A stretch of 64,000 bases of DNA from Vicinamibacterales bacterium (GTDB lineage: Bacteria; Acidobacteriota; Vicinamibacteria; Vicinamibacterales; SCN-69-37), in contig JBBDWL010000056.1 in NCBI GenBank assembly GCA_040902895.1, positions 16,482-80,481 of the forward strand, given 5' to 3'. Below the pieces are notes generated by a model. That model ran no database searches, was not told where the DNA came from, and saw only the letters and a program-made list of their open reading frames with translations. Made by a program: the position numbers and the translations under genes. Every line of letters begins with the position of its first letter. The first letter of the stretch is position 1. Shown piece after piece: positions 38,202 to 45,543 of the stretch.

Positions 38202-38241
38202 AACAGGACCTCCTGGGGCAGTATACCTTCGCGGGCCGCGG

Positions 38242-39123
38242 TCACCGGATCATCGGCGACAGGCGCACCCGGTTGCCGCAGCGGCAGTCCATGGTGACGG
38301 GCGCGACCGGCTGACTCGAGGGCCGCGCGAAGGTCACGACATATTGCGAGGCGAGGCTCGCGGCCACCTGCGTCAGAAGGGTTTCGAGGCCGGCGGCTTC
38401 CGCCGCGAATACGCGAAGTCCCCCGCTCGATTTCGTCACGGCATCGAGCACCGAGTCGCGGCGCCTGGCGGACTGTCCAGGACCGCGCACCGAGATGGCC
38501 CAGTACGTGGCGCCCGACGCGCTCACGGCCTTCGCCGCGCGCGTCATCATCGCCTCATCGCCGCCTTCAACGGAGTGCAGATCCACCGACACGATCGCGC
38601 GCCGGGGCATCGGCCTCGCGCGAAGTCTCGTTGACGCGTCGTCCAGGGCCTCCAGCAGCTTGGCATCCGACGGCAGATTCGGATAGATGCGCGCGACGGC
38701 GAAATCCAGTTTCTCTGCCGGGACATCGAAATCGGCGACGGTCACGGGCGCGCCTCCGAACTCGGTGAGTGAGAGTGCCGTCCCGGGGGCATGAGCGCGG
38801 ATGGCCACGACAAACGCGGCAAACGAGGTGCGGATGTCGCGCACCGGCGCCTGCGATCCCATTGGCGGCTTCACGGTGTCGACCAGCATCGCAACGGAGA
38901 GCGGTTCGTCCGACAACGACGCGTCGATCACCTCGCGCGTCGCACTGCCCTCGCGCACGACGAAATCGGCGGCCGTCAGGCCAGCTACCGGCGCACCGGG
39001 GTTGGCTAACACGGTCACCAGCACGGTCAGGCGGTTCGGATGCTGGATGTCAGAGAAAGAGCGAGCCTCGGGCGCCAGTGACAAAAGCACTGCAGCAAGG
39101 GCCGCTGCGATGAGAGCGCGCAT
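38242..39123 (-). CDS. short VWA-like secreted protein, paralog of 37323..38201
   Basis: LTVLVTVLANPGAPVAGLTAADFVVREGSATREVIDA, LSVAMLVDTV...PRRAIVSV. Same length and layout as the neighbouring gene. Confidence 0.65.
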   Translation of the reverse strand: MRALIAAALAAVLLSLAPEARSFSDIQHPNRLTVLVTVLANPGAPVAGLTAADFVVREGSATREVIDASLSDEPLSVAMLVDTVKPPMGSQAPVRDIRTSFAAFVVAIRAHAPGTALSLTEFGGAPVTVADFDVPAEKLDFAVARIYPNLPSDAKLLEALDDASTRLRARPMPRRAIVSVDLHSVEGGDEAMMTRAAKAVSASGATYWAISVRGPGQSARRRDSVLDAVTKSSGGLRVFAAEAAGLETLLTQVAASLASQYVVTFARPSSQPVAPVTMDCRCGNRVRLSPMIR

Positions 39124-39239
39124 CGGACACTCCGTTTTCGGGTCGCAAGCGCTGGCAGCCTATTATGCCGCCGAAGCTAGTCGACAACCAACTGGCATAT
39201 ACTTAGGTATACGGCAACGGTCAAGGAGGGAATCCGACC

Positions 39240-39467
39240 ATGCAGCGCAGAGCCAAGGTGTTCCTGAACAATCGCAGCCAGGCCGTGCGGTTGCCGAAGG
39301 AGTTCCAGTTCACGACCGGCGAGGTTTTCATTCGCAAAGAGGGTGAGGATGTGATCCTGTCGCCCCGGCCAACGGATTGGGGACCCTATCTCGAGAGCGG
39401 TCCCGTTGCGTCCGACGCGTTCATGGAGAACGTCGAGGATCTGCCCGTACAGGAGCGCGAGCCCTGA
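39240..39467 (+). CDS. vapB: AbrB/SpoVT-type VapB antitoxin
   Basis: [24 protein letters not shown] is the VapB AbrB-fold signature. AAGGAGGG Shine-Dalgarno upstream. Confidence 0.88.
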   Translation: MQRRAKVFLNNRSQAVRLPKEFQFTTGEVFIRKEGEDVILSPRPTDWGPYLESGPVASDAFMENVEDLPVQEREP

Positions 39468-39904
39468 TGGCCCGCTACATGCTGGACACGGATATCTGTT
39501 CGTACATCATGAAGCGTTCGCACCCAACGGTGTTGAAGCGGCTGCGGGCGATTCCCGTGACAGATGTCAGTATTTCAGTCATCAGCCAATCAGCACTGCT
39601 CTACGGCGTTGAAGTCTCGCCGCGGCGCACGCAGGATGCTGCGGCGCTCAAGGCATTTCTTCCCCACGTCGAGGTTCTCGAGTTTCCCGGTGACGCCGCG
39701 CTTCACTATGCCCAGATACGTGCTGACCTGAAAACACGTGGCCGGATGATCGGCGCCAACGATCTCTTCATCGCCGCTCACGCACGCAGTCTTGGGCTCA
39801 GGCTCGTCACCAACAACACCGCCGAGTTCGGGCGCGTGAAAGGCCTGACGCTCGAGAACTGGACGCGGGCCGTTCGTCGTTCTCGCTCAAAGGCCGACGA
39901 ATAG
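39467..39904 (+). CDS. vapC: PIN-domain VapC toxin
   Basis: Internal ATG at 39467 overlaps the vapB stop (TGATG). MARYMLDTDICSYIM...NDLFIAAHARSLGLRLVTNNTAEF contains the PIN acidic residues. Confidence 0.88.
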   Translation: MARYMLDTDICSYIMKRSHPTVLKRLRAIPVTDVSISVISQSALLYGVEVSPRRTQDAAALKAFLPHVEVLEFPGDAALHYAQIRADLKTRGRMIGANDLFIAAHARSLGLRLVTNNTAEFGRVKGLTLENWTRAVRRSRSKADE

Positions 39905-40287
39905 CTGCGGGACGAAACTCGCCGCGCGGCAGCAGGCCAAGTCGACTCCCAATCAGCGATCGCCGGTGCGACGAGCGACGACAATCGTGACGTCGTCGCG
40001 ATCGCGGGAGAAATCGCGGTAGAGCACGCCTGCAATCAGAGCCGGATCCCGCTCGGCGAGACCGGCGTAATCGCTCAGGCCTGTCTCGCCTGATGCCTCC
40101 GCGTTCCGTGCGTGGGGAGATACGAAACCGGAACGCGGGAATGACTCTCGCACGAACCCTGACGAATACGTTTGCTGGCATCCGGCCAGTTGAGGCGCCT
40201 GGGTTCATCGCTGCGCAGTTTGTGGGGCGGTGCTCGCCATGGCGCGATAGAATCCCTGCGCCAACCCCTGCCAACTGAGGCGGATCC

Positions 40288-41676
40288 ATGCGGAAGACCC
40301 GGCCTGTTCTGATTTCGGCGATCGTGATCGGTGCGCTGGCGGCGGCGCTCCCGTCGGCCGCGCCGCGCCTCGCGGACGTCGAGCCGCTCATGGCTCGGTT
40401 TCTCGCCGACAGCAACGTCGTCGGCGTCTCGGTCGGCGTAGAACGCGGCCGCGACGTCATCGTCCGCGGCGGGTGGGGACTGGCGGACCGCGGAACCGGC
40501 CGGAAGGCAACCGCGCAAACAGTCTACCGCCTGGGATCGAGCAGCAAGCAGTTCACCGCGGCCCTGGTGATGAAACTGGTCGAGCGCGGAATGGTCGGCC
40601 TGGACGACCCCGTCGATCGACACCTGCCGCAGATGCCCCGCAAGTGGCTCGGCATCACCGTCCGGCAGCTGCTCAATCACACCTCCGGCGTGCCCAACAC
40701 CAGCGACGCCGGATCCAGCAGTTGGGCGAAGAAGCTGTCGCCGGCGGGACTATTGGCGCTCGTCAGCGGCCGCGGCCTGCAGTTTCCAGCCGGGTCGACG
40801 TTCGCCTACAGCAACAGCAACTACGTCATGCTCGGCCAGATCGCGGAGCGCCACTATGGCAAACCGCTCCCGCAAATCTTCGCCGACGAATTGTTCGGCC
40901 CGCTCAACCTGACATCGACGCGGTACTGCGAAGACGAATACGGCGCGAATGGTCAGGCGATGCCGTACATACGCAACGGCGATCGCGTCGAAGACGCACC
41001 GTACTGGAGCGTCACGCACGGTTTTGGCTCGGGCTGCATCTGCTCGACCGTCGCCGACATCGCCGAGTGGAATCGCGCGCTGCACGGCGGCAAGGTGGTC
41101 AGCGCCTCGTCGTACGCGCAGATGACCGCCCCCCAGGGCGCGGCAGCGGCGGCAGGGCTCGGCTCGGCAGGATTCGGCTTCGGTCTGATGGCGGGGAGCG
41201 TGGCTGGACGGCCGGCGCTGCTTCACGGCGGAACCGTTCCGGGTTTTATCGCGATGCCGGCCTGGCTGCCAGCCGAACAGTTGTCGATCGTCATCCTAAT
41301 GAACACGCGACGGACGCCACACACGGGCTTCCTGTTGCGCGATCTCGCGCGACTTGCACTCGGCGATCCTGTGACGATCGTTCCGGTTCAGACTGGACCG
41401 CCGCCCGATGCCGCCGCGCTCAGACCGTTGGCGGGCACCTACATCATCAACGTCCCCGGCCGTGCGCGCCAGATCAGATTCTGGGTCGATGGCAAGACCC
41501 TCATGAGCCAAGCCGCGGGCGAAGACCGTATTCCGCTGCGGCCAGCCGGGCCGCACGCATTCGGAGCCGCCTACGACTGGTCGGTTCGCTTCACATTCAA
41601 CGTCGCAAGCGGCGCGGCGACCAGCCTGACGTTCGAGCAAGGCGGCTCGACGTTCACCGGACTGCGGAAGCGCTGA
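40288..41676 (+). CDS. beta-lactamase-family serine hydrolase
   Basis: Signal peptide. YRLGSSSKQFTAALVMKLVERG contains the SxxK motif. YSNSNY is the YxN-like motif. Confidence 0.85.
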   Translation: MRKTRPVLISAIVIGALAAALPSAAPRLADVEPLMARFLADSNVVGVSVGVERGRDVIVRGGWGLADRGTGRKATAQTVYRLGSSSKQFTAALVMKLVERGMVGLDDPVDRHLPQMPRKWLGITVRQLLNHTSGVPNTSDAGSSSWAKKLSPAGLLALVSGRGLQFPAGSTFAYSNSNYVMLGQIAERHYGKPLPQIFADELFGPLNLTSTRYCEDEYGANGQAMPYIRNGDRVEDAPYWSVTHGFGSGCICSTVADIAEWNRALHGGKVVSASSYAQMTAPQGAAAAAGLGSAGFGFGLMAGSVAGRPALLHGGTVPGFIAMPAWLPAEQLSIVILMNTRRTPHTGFLLRDLARLALGDPVTIVPVQTGPPPDAAALRPLAGTYIINVPGRARQIRFWVDGKTLMSQAAGEDRIPLRPAGPHAFGAAYDWSVRFTFNVASGAATSLTFEQGGSTFTGLRKR

Positions 41677-41831
41677 CCGCGCTTCGTTCGAGCCAAGAAC
41701 AAACCGGGTTAATTGAACGGCCTTCCCTACGGAGTGCGCTTCCACCTTTGGCGAGATGGAGTCTCGTTCCAGGCGAAGTGCCACCTAGAAATGGAACTCG
41801 GCGCGAGTCGCCGAAATTCGCACGTTGAAAT

Positions 41832-41921
41832 TGGCGGAGAGAGTGGGATTCGAACCCACGGTAGGGTTACCCCTACACACGCTTTCCAAGCGTGCTCCTT
41901 CAACCACTCGGACATCTCTCC
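41832..41921 (-). tRNA. tRNA-Ser (anticodon GGA), CCA encoded
   Basis: The reverse complement reads GGAGAGATGTCCGAGTGGTTGAAGGAGCACGCTTGGAAAGCGTGTGTAGGGGTAACCCTACCGTGGGTTCGAATCCCACTCTCTCCGCCA. It folds by hand into a 7-bp acceptor stem, an anticodon stem CACGC/GCGTG with loop TTGGAAA, a long variable arm, and a GTGGG-TTCGAAT-CCCAC T-arm. Confidence 0.93.
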
Positions 41922-42084
41922 GTTTCGAATCAACGACTTACAGACATCGCTCTGACGAAGAATCCGTATTGTGTCAGACCTCCTATTCTGCCGCGATCAC
42001 TTAACGAGATTCGGTCCCCACCATTCTCCTTCGAGAGCGACGAGACTGCTCCAGACTAAACCGAGCGCACATCGACTACGAGAC

Positions 42085-42450
42085 TTAATGACTGGCCCGT
42101 CGTTTTGGACGGACAAATTCCGCGACCTCATCCTCGGTGATTCGTTCTGTCGTCTTCTCAAGCAGAAGGGCCGCAAGCTGCATCGGTTCGACGCGGACAC
42201 CCCCATGTTCGCGAACCTTCGCAGAGATCATCTCGAGGCGCTTGAGCGTGCGTGGCGCGAGTGGAACGAGCCGCCGCTCGACCCAGCGCGGGTCGGTTGG
42301 CCGCCCGCCACCGGTCGGTACGCTGAAGCGAGCCTCGATGTCCGCCAACAACTGCATCGCCCCGAAGTAGCCACCTGTGGCAGACACTTTTCCTGGACGT
42401 TCCGCTCCGAGCGCGAGGGCGATCTTGTCCATGTTCAGATGCGTCTTCAT
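42085..42450 (-). CDS. hypothetical protein (last gene of the nuclease operon)
   Basis: 121 aa: MKTHLNMDKIALALGAERPGKVSATGGYFGAMQLLADIEARF...PTDPRWVERRLVPLAPRTLKRLE. GGAGAAG Shine-Dalgarno upstream, and the start lies 3 nt after the upstream stop. Confidence 0.55.
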   Translation of the reverse strand: MKTHLNMDKIALALGAERPGKVSATGGYFGAMQLLADIEARFSVPTGGGRPTDPRWVERRLVPLAPRTLKRLEMISAKVREHGGVRVEPMQLAALLLEKTTERITEDEVAEFVRPKRRASH

Positions 42451-42453
42451 GGT

Positions 42454-42900
42454 CTACTTCTCCGCAAAGTGGCGGATAGCGAGGTACTCATCCCCGATCA
42501 CCAGGCCGATCTCGCCCTGGCGGGCATCGCGTCCCATCATCCGGCAGAAGCTCGCGAGCTCGGCGAGCTTCCGGGGATTCTGAATGTCGCCGGGCGTCGT
42601 GTAACAGTGCATGACGACGGGCTCGTCCTTGACGAGTACTCCGCCTCTTTCGTCATCACGCCAGATGCCCTTCGCCTTCGGATACGCCGTTGCCCCTCCG
42701 AAGACGCGCCCGAACATGTCCAGCGCGGCGTCGACCCATTGGTTTTGGTTCACGGCCGTCGTCCCGTCACGTTCGACGCTTGGCACGAACAGAACGACCA
42801 GGACGCTTTTGCGGCCCTCATGAAGTGCGACCCTTTGCCGTCGCGACGGCCGACGCTTCTTCGCCACACGATCAATATAGATCGTGCTTTCTCGCAACAC
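42454..42900 (-). CDS. hypothetical protein
   Basis: This is the C-terminal, protein-like part of track ORF 42454..43293 (...LVVLFVPSVERDGTTAVNQNQWVDAALDMFGRVFGGATAYPKAKGIWRDDERGGVLVKDEPVVMHCYT...). The start is uncertain (GTG 42900, TTG 42897 or GTG 42867), and the upstream part of the ORF overlaps the ERCC4 gene out of frame. Confidence 0.45.
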   Translation of the reverse strand: MLRESTIYIDRVAKKRRPSRRQRVALHEGRKSVLVVLFVPSVERDGTTAVNQNQWVDAALDMFGRVFGGATAYPKAKGIWRDDERGGVLVKDEPVVMHCYTTPGDIQNPRKLAELASFCRMMGRDARQGEIGLVIGDEYLAIRHFAEK

Positions 42901-42983
42901 AAGCGCTTCGCCCCGGCGGGTATGCGACGCGTGACGGCGCGTCTCTGGGCGAAGATGATCCGCCGGGAGCCGGACCAGCGTCG

Positions 42984-43772
42984 TCAGGAGACGACGTTGC
43001 GAATTCGTTGGGCTTTGCTCGGTCCAATACCGCGGACCTGCACCAACAGGCCGGGGTCGGCCGTGATGACACGCTCGACAGATCCGAAATGCACTAAGAG
43101 GCGGTTCGCCAGTGCCGGACCGACGCCCGGCAGCCCTTGCAGCATGTACAGTTTCCGCGATGCGAGGCGTTTCGGTTGCCGGTCGTATCGTTGGAGAACC
43201 GGGGGATTGGTTCTCGCCAGTTGCCCGGCGAGCAGTCGCAGGATGCGGAGCGAGTCTTCCGGATTGCGTGCGTGAATCACCGGAAGCCGCCACATCACCG
43301 CCAACGAAAGTACCGCGCCCTTCAGCGCGTGCGTGTGAACGTCGGGCATCGGCGCAGGCGCGGGCCCTTCGAGGAGAACGATTGGCCGGTGGGGGCTTCG
43401 CGCGAGCGCTGCCGCCTGGGGAAAGAGTCGTCCATCCACAAGCGAAGTCGCGAAATCCGCGTACGTTTTTCGTTCGATGAGGATACCGCCATCGATGAGG
43501 TAGTCACCGACGGCAAGACGCTCCATGCGAATGTCGAACTCTCCGCATCCGCGTGCGAGATCGAGCAATGCGGCGTTTCGCTCAGAACAGTCGACGCGAA
43601 GCTGCCATTGCCTCGCGACGTTCGCGACGCCGACACTCTCGGCATTTCGATCAACGGCGGAGACGCGCATCATCTGGAGGGGAAAGCCAAAGGTCCGCAG
43701 TCTGGTGAAACAATCAACGAGAGTTGCAAAGTGCCTCGGCGCTTGCGCGCCTCCGCATGACCTACCATCCAC
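42984..43772 (-). CDS. XPF/ERCC4-family nuclease with C-terminal (HhH)2 domain
   Basis: LRVDCSERNAALL...LAVGDYLIDGGILIERKTYADFATSLVDGRLFPQAAAL...IVLLEG contains the GDY...ERK...D ERCC4 active-site signature. LQGLPGVGPALANRLLVHFGSVERV...VRGIGPSKAQRI forms two helix-hairpin-helix motifs. The start is uncertain (GTG 43772 or ATG 43673). Confidence 0.8.
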   Translation of the reverse strand: MDGRSCGGAQAPRHFATLVDCFTRLRTFGFPLQMMRVSAVDRNAESVGVANVARQWQLRVDCSERNAALLDLARGCGEFDIRMERLAVGDYLIDGGILIERKTYADFATSLVDGRLFPQAAALARSPHRPIVLLEGPAPAPMPDVHTHALKGAVLSLAVMWRLPVIHARNPEDSLRILRLLAGQLARTNPPVLQRYDRQPKRLASRKLYMLQGLPGVGPALANRLLVHFGSVERVITADPGLLVQVRGIGPSKAQRIRNVVS

Positions 43773-43896
43773 GACGAACCATCAACGAGGGTCCGTTTTC
43801 CAGACGGTTGGAGTCTCATCAATGTTTAACGTGGGCTGAGAGCCAGACCCACATGACCGCACGCTCCTCCGACCTTCCCCATGAACTGTTGCCGTG

Positions 43897-44193
43897 TCAG
43901 GACAGCTCGCCAAGCGCGGCGTCGTCCTGGTCGTACGCTTCGATCGTCGTCTTCGCGTTCGTCGTCTTCAGCGCCTGTTCGAGCAGGCGAATCTCTCGCG
44001 CGACGCGCGTCACGAGACGGTCGAGCACTTTCACGTCATAAACGGGCTCCTTCACGATCTCCTTGTCGGCAGAGGCACCGTAGAAGCGCCGCTCCCGATG
44101 GGCGTTGTCGTTGCGAAGCGCCAGAAGTTCTTCGTGGCGCTTTTTCAAGGTCTTGAGCCATGCCAGCCCTTCATTGATCGTGATTTGAGCCAT
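43897..44193 (-). CDS. hypothetical protein (predicted helical, first gene of the nuclease operon)
   Basis: 98 aa: MAQITINEGLAWLKTLKKRHEELLALRNDN...VYDVKVLDRLVTRVAREIRLLEQALKTTNA. GAAGGTGA Shine-Dalgarno upstream of the ATG. Confidence 0.5.
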   Translation of the reverse strand: MAQITINEGLAWLKTLKKRHEELLALRNDNAHRERRFYGASADKEIVKEPVYDVKVLDRLVTRVAREIRLLEQALKTTNAKTTIEAYDQDDAALGELS

Positions 44194-44263
44194 CGGTTCA
44201 CCTTCGTCGCGGCCTCACAACGCGCCGACGACGACGATGGCATCGTCGTCGAACGGTTGTCAA

Positions 44264-44305
44264 ATGAGATCTGCCGCATGAGATCTGCCGCATGTGATTC
44301 TGCGG
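44264..44305. repeat. 14-nt tandem direct repeat (two perfect copies plus one degenerate) in an intergenic region
   Basis: ATGAGATCTGCCGC ATGAGATCTGCCGC ATGTGATTCTGCGG. Each perfect unit contains the AGATCT palindrome. It lies 71-112 nt upstream of the 43897..44193 start. Confidence 0.8.
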
Positions 44306-44438
44306 AGGTCTGTACGAGGTCATCGTGATATGGAGGGCCAGACGAAGACCGAAGCGATCCGCCGCATCGCACGACGATCACATGTGCCGGCCAACTCGGT
44401 CAGGTCGCAAGAATCGACAACCGTCGCCGCATGCGTGA

Positions 44439-44702
44439 TCATCGCGAACCGAGCGCGGCTAGGTCGGAGTCGACCGACGCATAACGGACCGCCATCTCGA
44501 GAAAGAATCGCGCGTGAAAGAACGCCTCCACGATGGGCCGCGTCACCAGCGTCCAGCGATCATTGTCAGCAGTCGTGAACTCTTTGCCGGTTCCTTGGCG
44601 AACGATCTGGAGAAACCATGGATGCAGCGGACGGTCTGGAAGGAGGCCTCTGAGCTGCCGAACAATGCTGTCGGTCTGCTGCTGAAGCCAGAACACTTTC
44701 AA
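44439..44702 (-). CDS. hypothetical protein (weak call, TTG/GTG start only)
   Basis: 87-aa ORF starting 25 nt downstream of vapC. No ATG start and no recognised family, so it may be a gene fragment. Confidence 0.3.
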   Translation of the reverse strand: MKVFWLQQQTDSIVRQLRGLLPDRPLHPWFLQIVRQGTGKEFTTADNDRWTLVTRPIVEAFFHARFFLEMAVRYASVDSDLAALGSR

Positions 44703-44727
44703 GCTTACGCCGGCTCAACGAGCGTCT

Positions 44728-45150
44728 TCAGCGGCGAGTGACCGCCCAGTCTTCCCATTTTAGTCCGGGCACGCGCGCGAACTCCTTCGCGTTGGAGGTC
44801 ACAAGTGTCGCGCCACGCCGTCGCGCTTGGCCGGCGAGAAGCACATCATAGGCCCCAATCGGTTTTCCGATCGCTTCGAGCTCGGCGCGGACCGTTCCAG
44901 CCGTGCGCGCGTCGTCCTCGTCGAACAGTGTCCACTCCAGCGGGCCGGCAAAGAACGCCTCGAGCCGCTGCGTGTTGCTGTCTTTGCGCTGGCGCTTCGC
45001 GACGCCGTACCACAGCTCGAATGCGACGATCGACGACAGCAGGATGACGCTCCTCCGAACCACCGCTCGCTGGAATCGCCGACGCACGTTGACCTCGGAG
45101 CCGTTGATCAACGCGATGCACGCGTTCGTGTCGATCAAGTACTTCGTCAT
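44728..45150 (-). CDS. vapC: PIN-domain VapC toxin
   Basis: [17 protein letters not shown]...[26 protein letters not shown]. It overlaps the vapB stop by 4 nt. Confidence 0.88.
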   Translation of the reverse strand: MTKYLIDTNACIALINGSEVNVRRRFQRAVVRRSVILLSSIVAFELWYGVAKRQRKDSNTQRLEAFFAGPLEWTLFDEDDARTAGTVRAELEAIGKPIGAYDVLLAGQARRRGATLVTSNAKEFARVPGLKWEDWAVTRR

Positions 45151-45386
45151 TCGAACACGTCTCGCTCGGGCGTCGGGGGCTGCTGTCGTCCTTCCGGCAT
45201 GAAGGCTTCATCCGACAATCGATCGAGTTCGGCGAACCATGCCGAGACGTCCGTGAACATCGGTTCCACGAGCAGACCTCGCCCGGCGCGGCGCACCCTG
45301 ACGCGGTCTCCCTCGAACCTGAACTCGCGCGGCAACCGCACGGCCTGGCTGCGTCCGTTCTTGAATAGCTTGGCGGTGGCGGTCAC
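45147..45386 (-). CDS. vapB: AbrB/SpoVT-type VapB antitoxin
   Basis: (V)[23 protein letters not shown]. The start was re-set to the GTG preceded by AAGGAGGAG. The track's ATG at 45410 lies inside a promoter-like direct repeat. Confidence 0.85.
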   Translation of the reverse strand: MTATAKLFKNGRSQAVRLPREFRFEGDRVRVRRAGRGLLVEPMFTDVSAWFAELDRLSDEAFMPEGRQQPPTPERDVFE

Positions 45387-45543
45387 AGGCTCCTCCTTGA
45401 TATATACCATTAGTATATACCAATCACGTGGACCTTCCTAGACCGCACATCAGAGGAGCAGGAGCCGTCGGCATGGTCTTCGACCAGCATCCGCTCGTGA
45501 CGGCACGCCGGTAGGATTCCGCTCCCAGTGCTGCGAACTCGAC

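Noticed and set aside
39953-40153. 66-aa minus-strand ORF ending ...LYRDFSRDRDDVTIVVARRTGDR, reminiscent of the C-terminus of PP2C/SpoIIE phosphatases (DDxTxxxxR)
   Set aside because: Only about 45 residues resemble the family, and nothing upstream continues the similarity in any frame. That is too short to call as a feature. It is mentioned only as a possible remnant supporting local gene decay.
41677-41831. Possible att site or integrated element at the 3' end of tRNA-Ser
   Set aside because: The 3' flank leads directly into an ordinary high-GC beta-lactamase-family gene. There is no integrase, and I found no repeat of the tRNA 3' segment.
41971-43275. 434-aa plus-strand ORF spanning the nuclease islet
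   Set aside because: Its 3' third is antisense to the clearly recognisable (HhH)2 domain of the ERCC4 gene. It has no SD, and its tail is Arg/Ser-rich. The minus-strand ORFs show SD sequences and 3-4 nt coupling. Some uncertainty remains for 42.0-42.9 kb, where neither strand has a recognised family.
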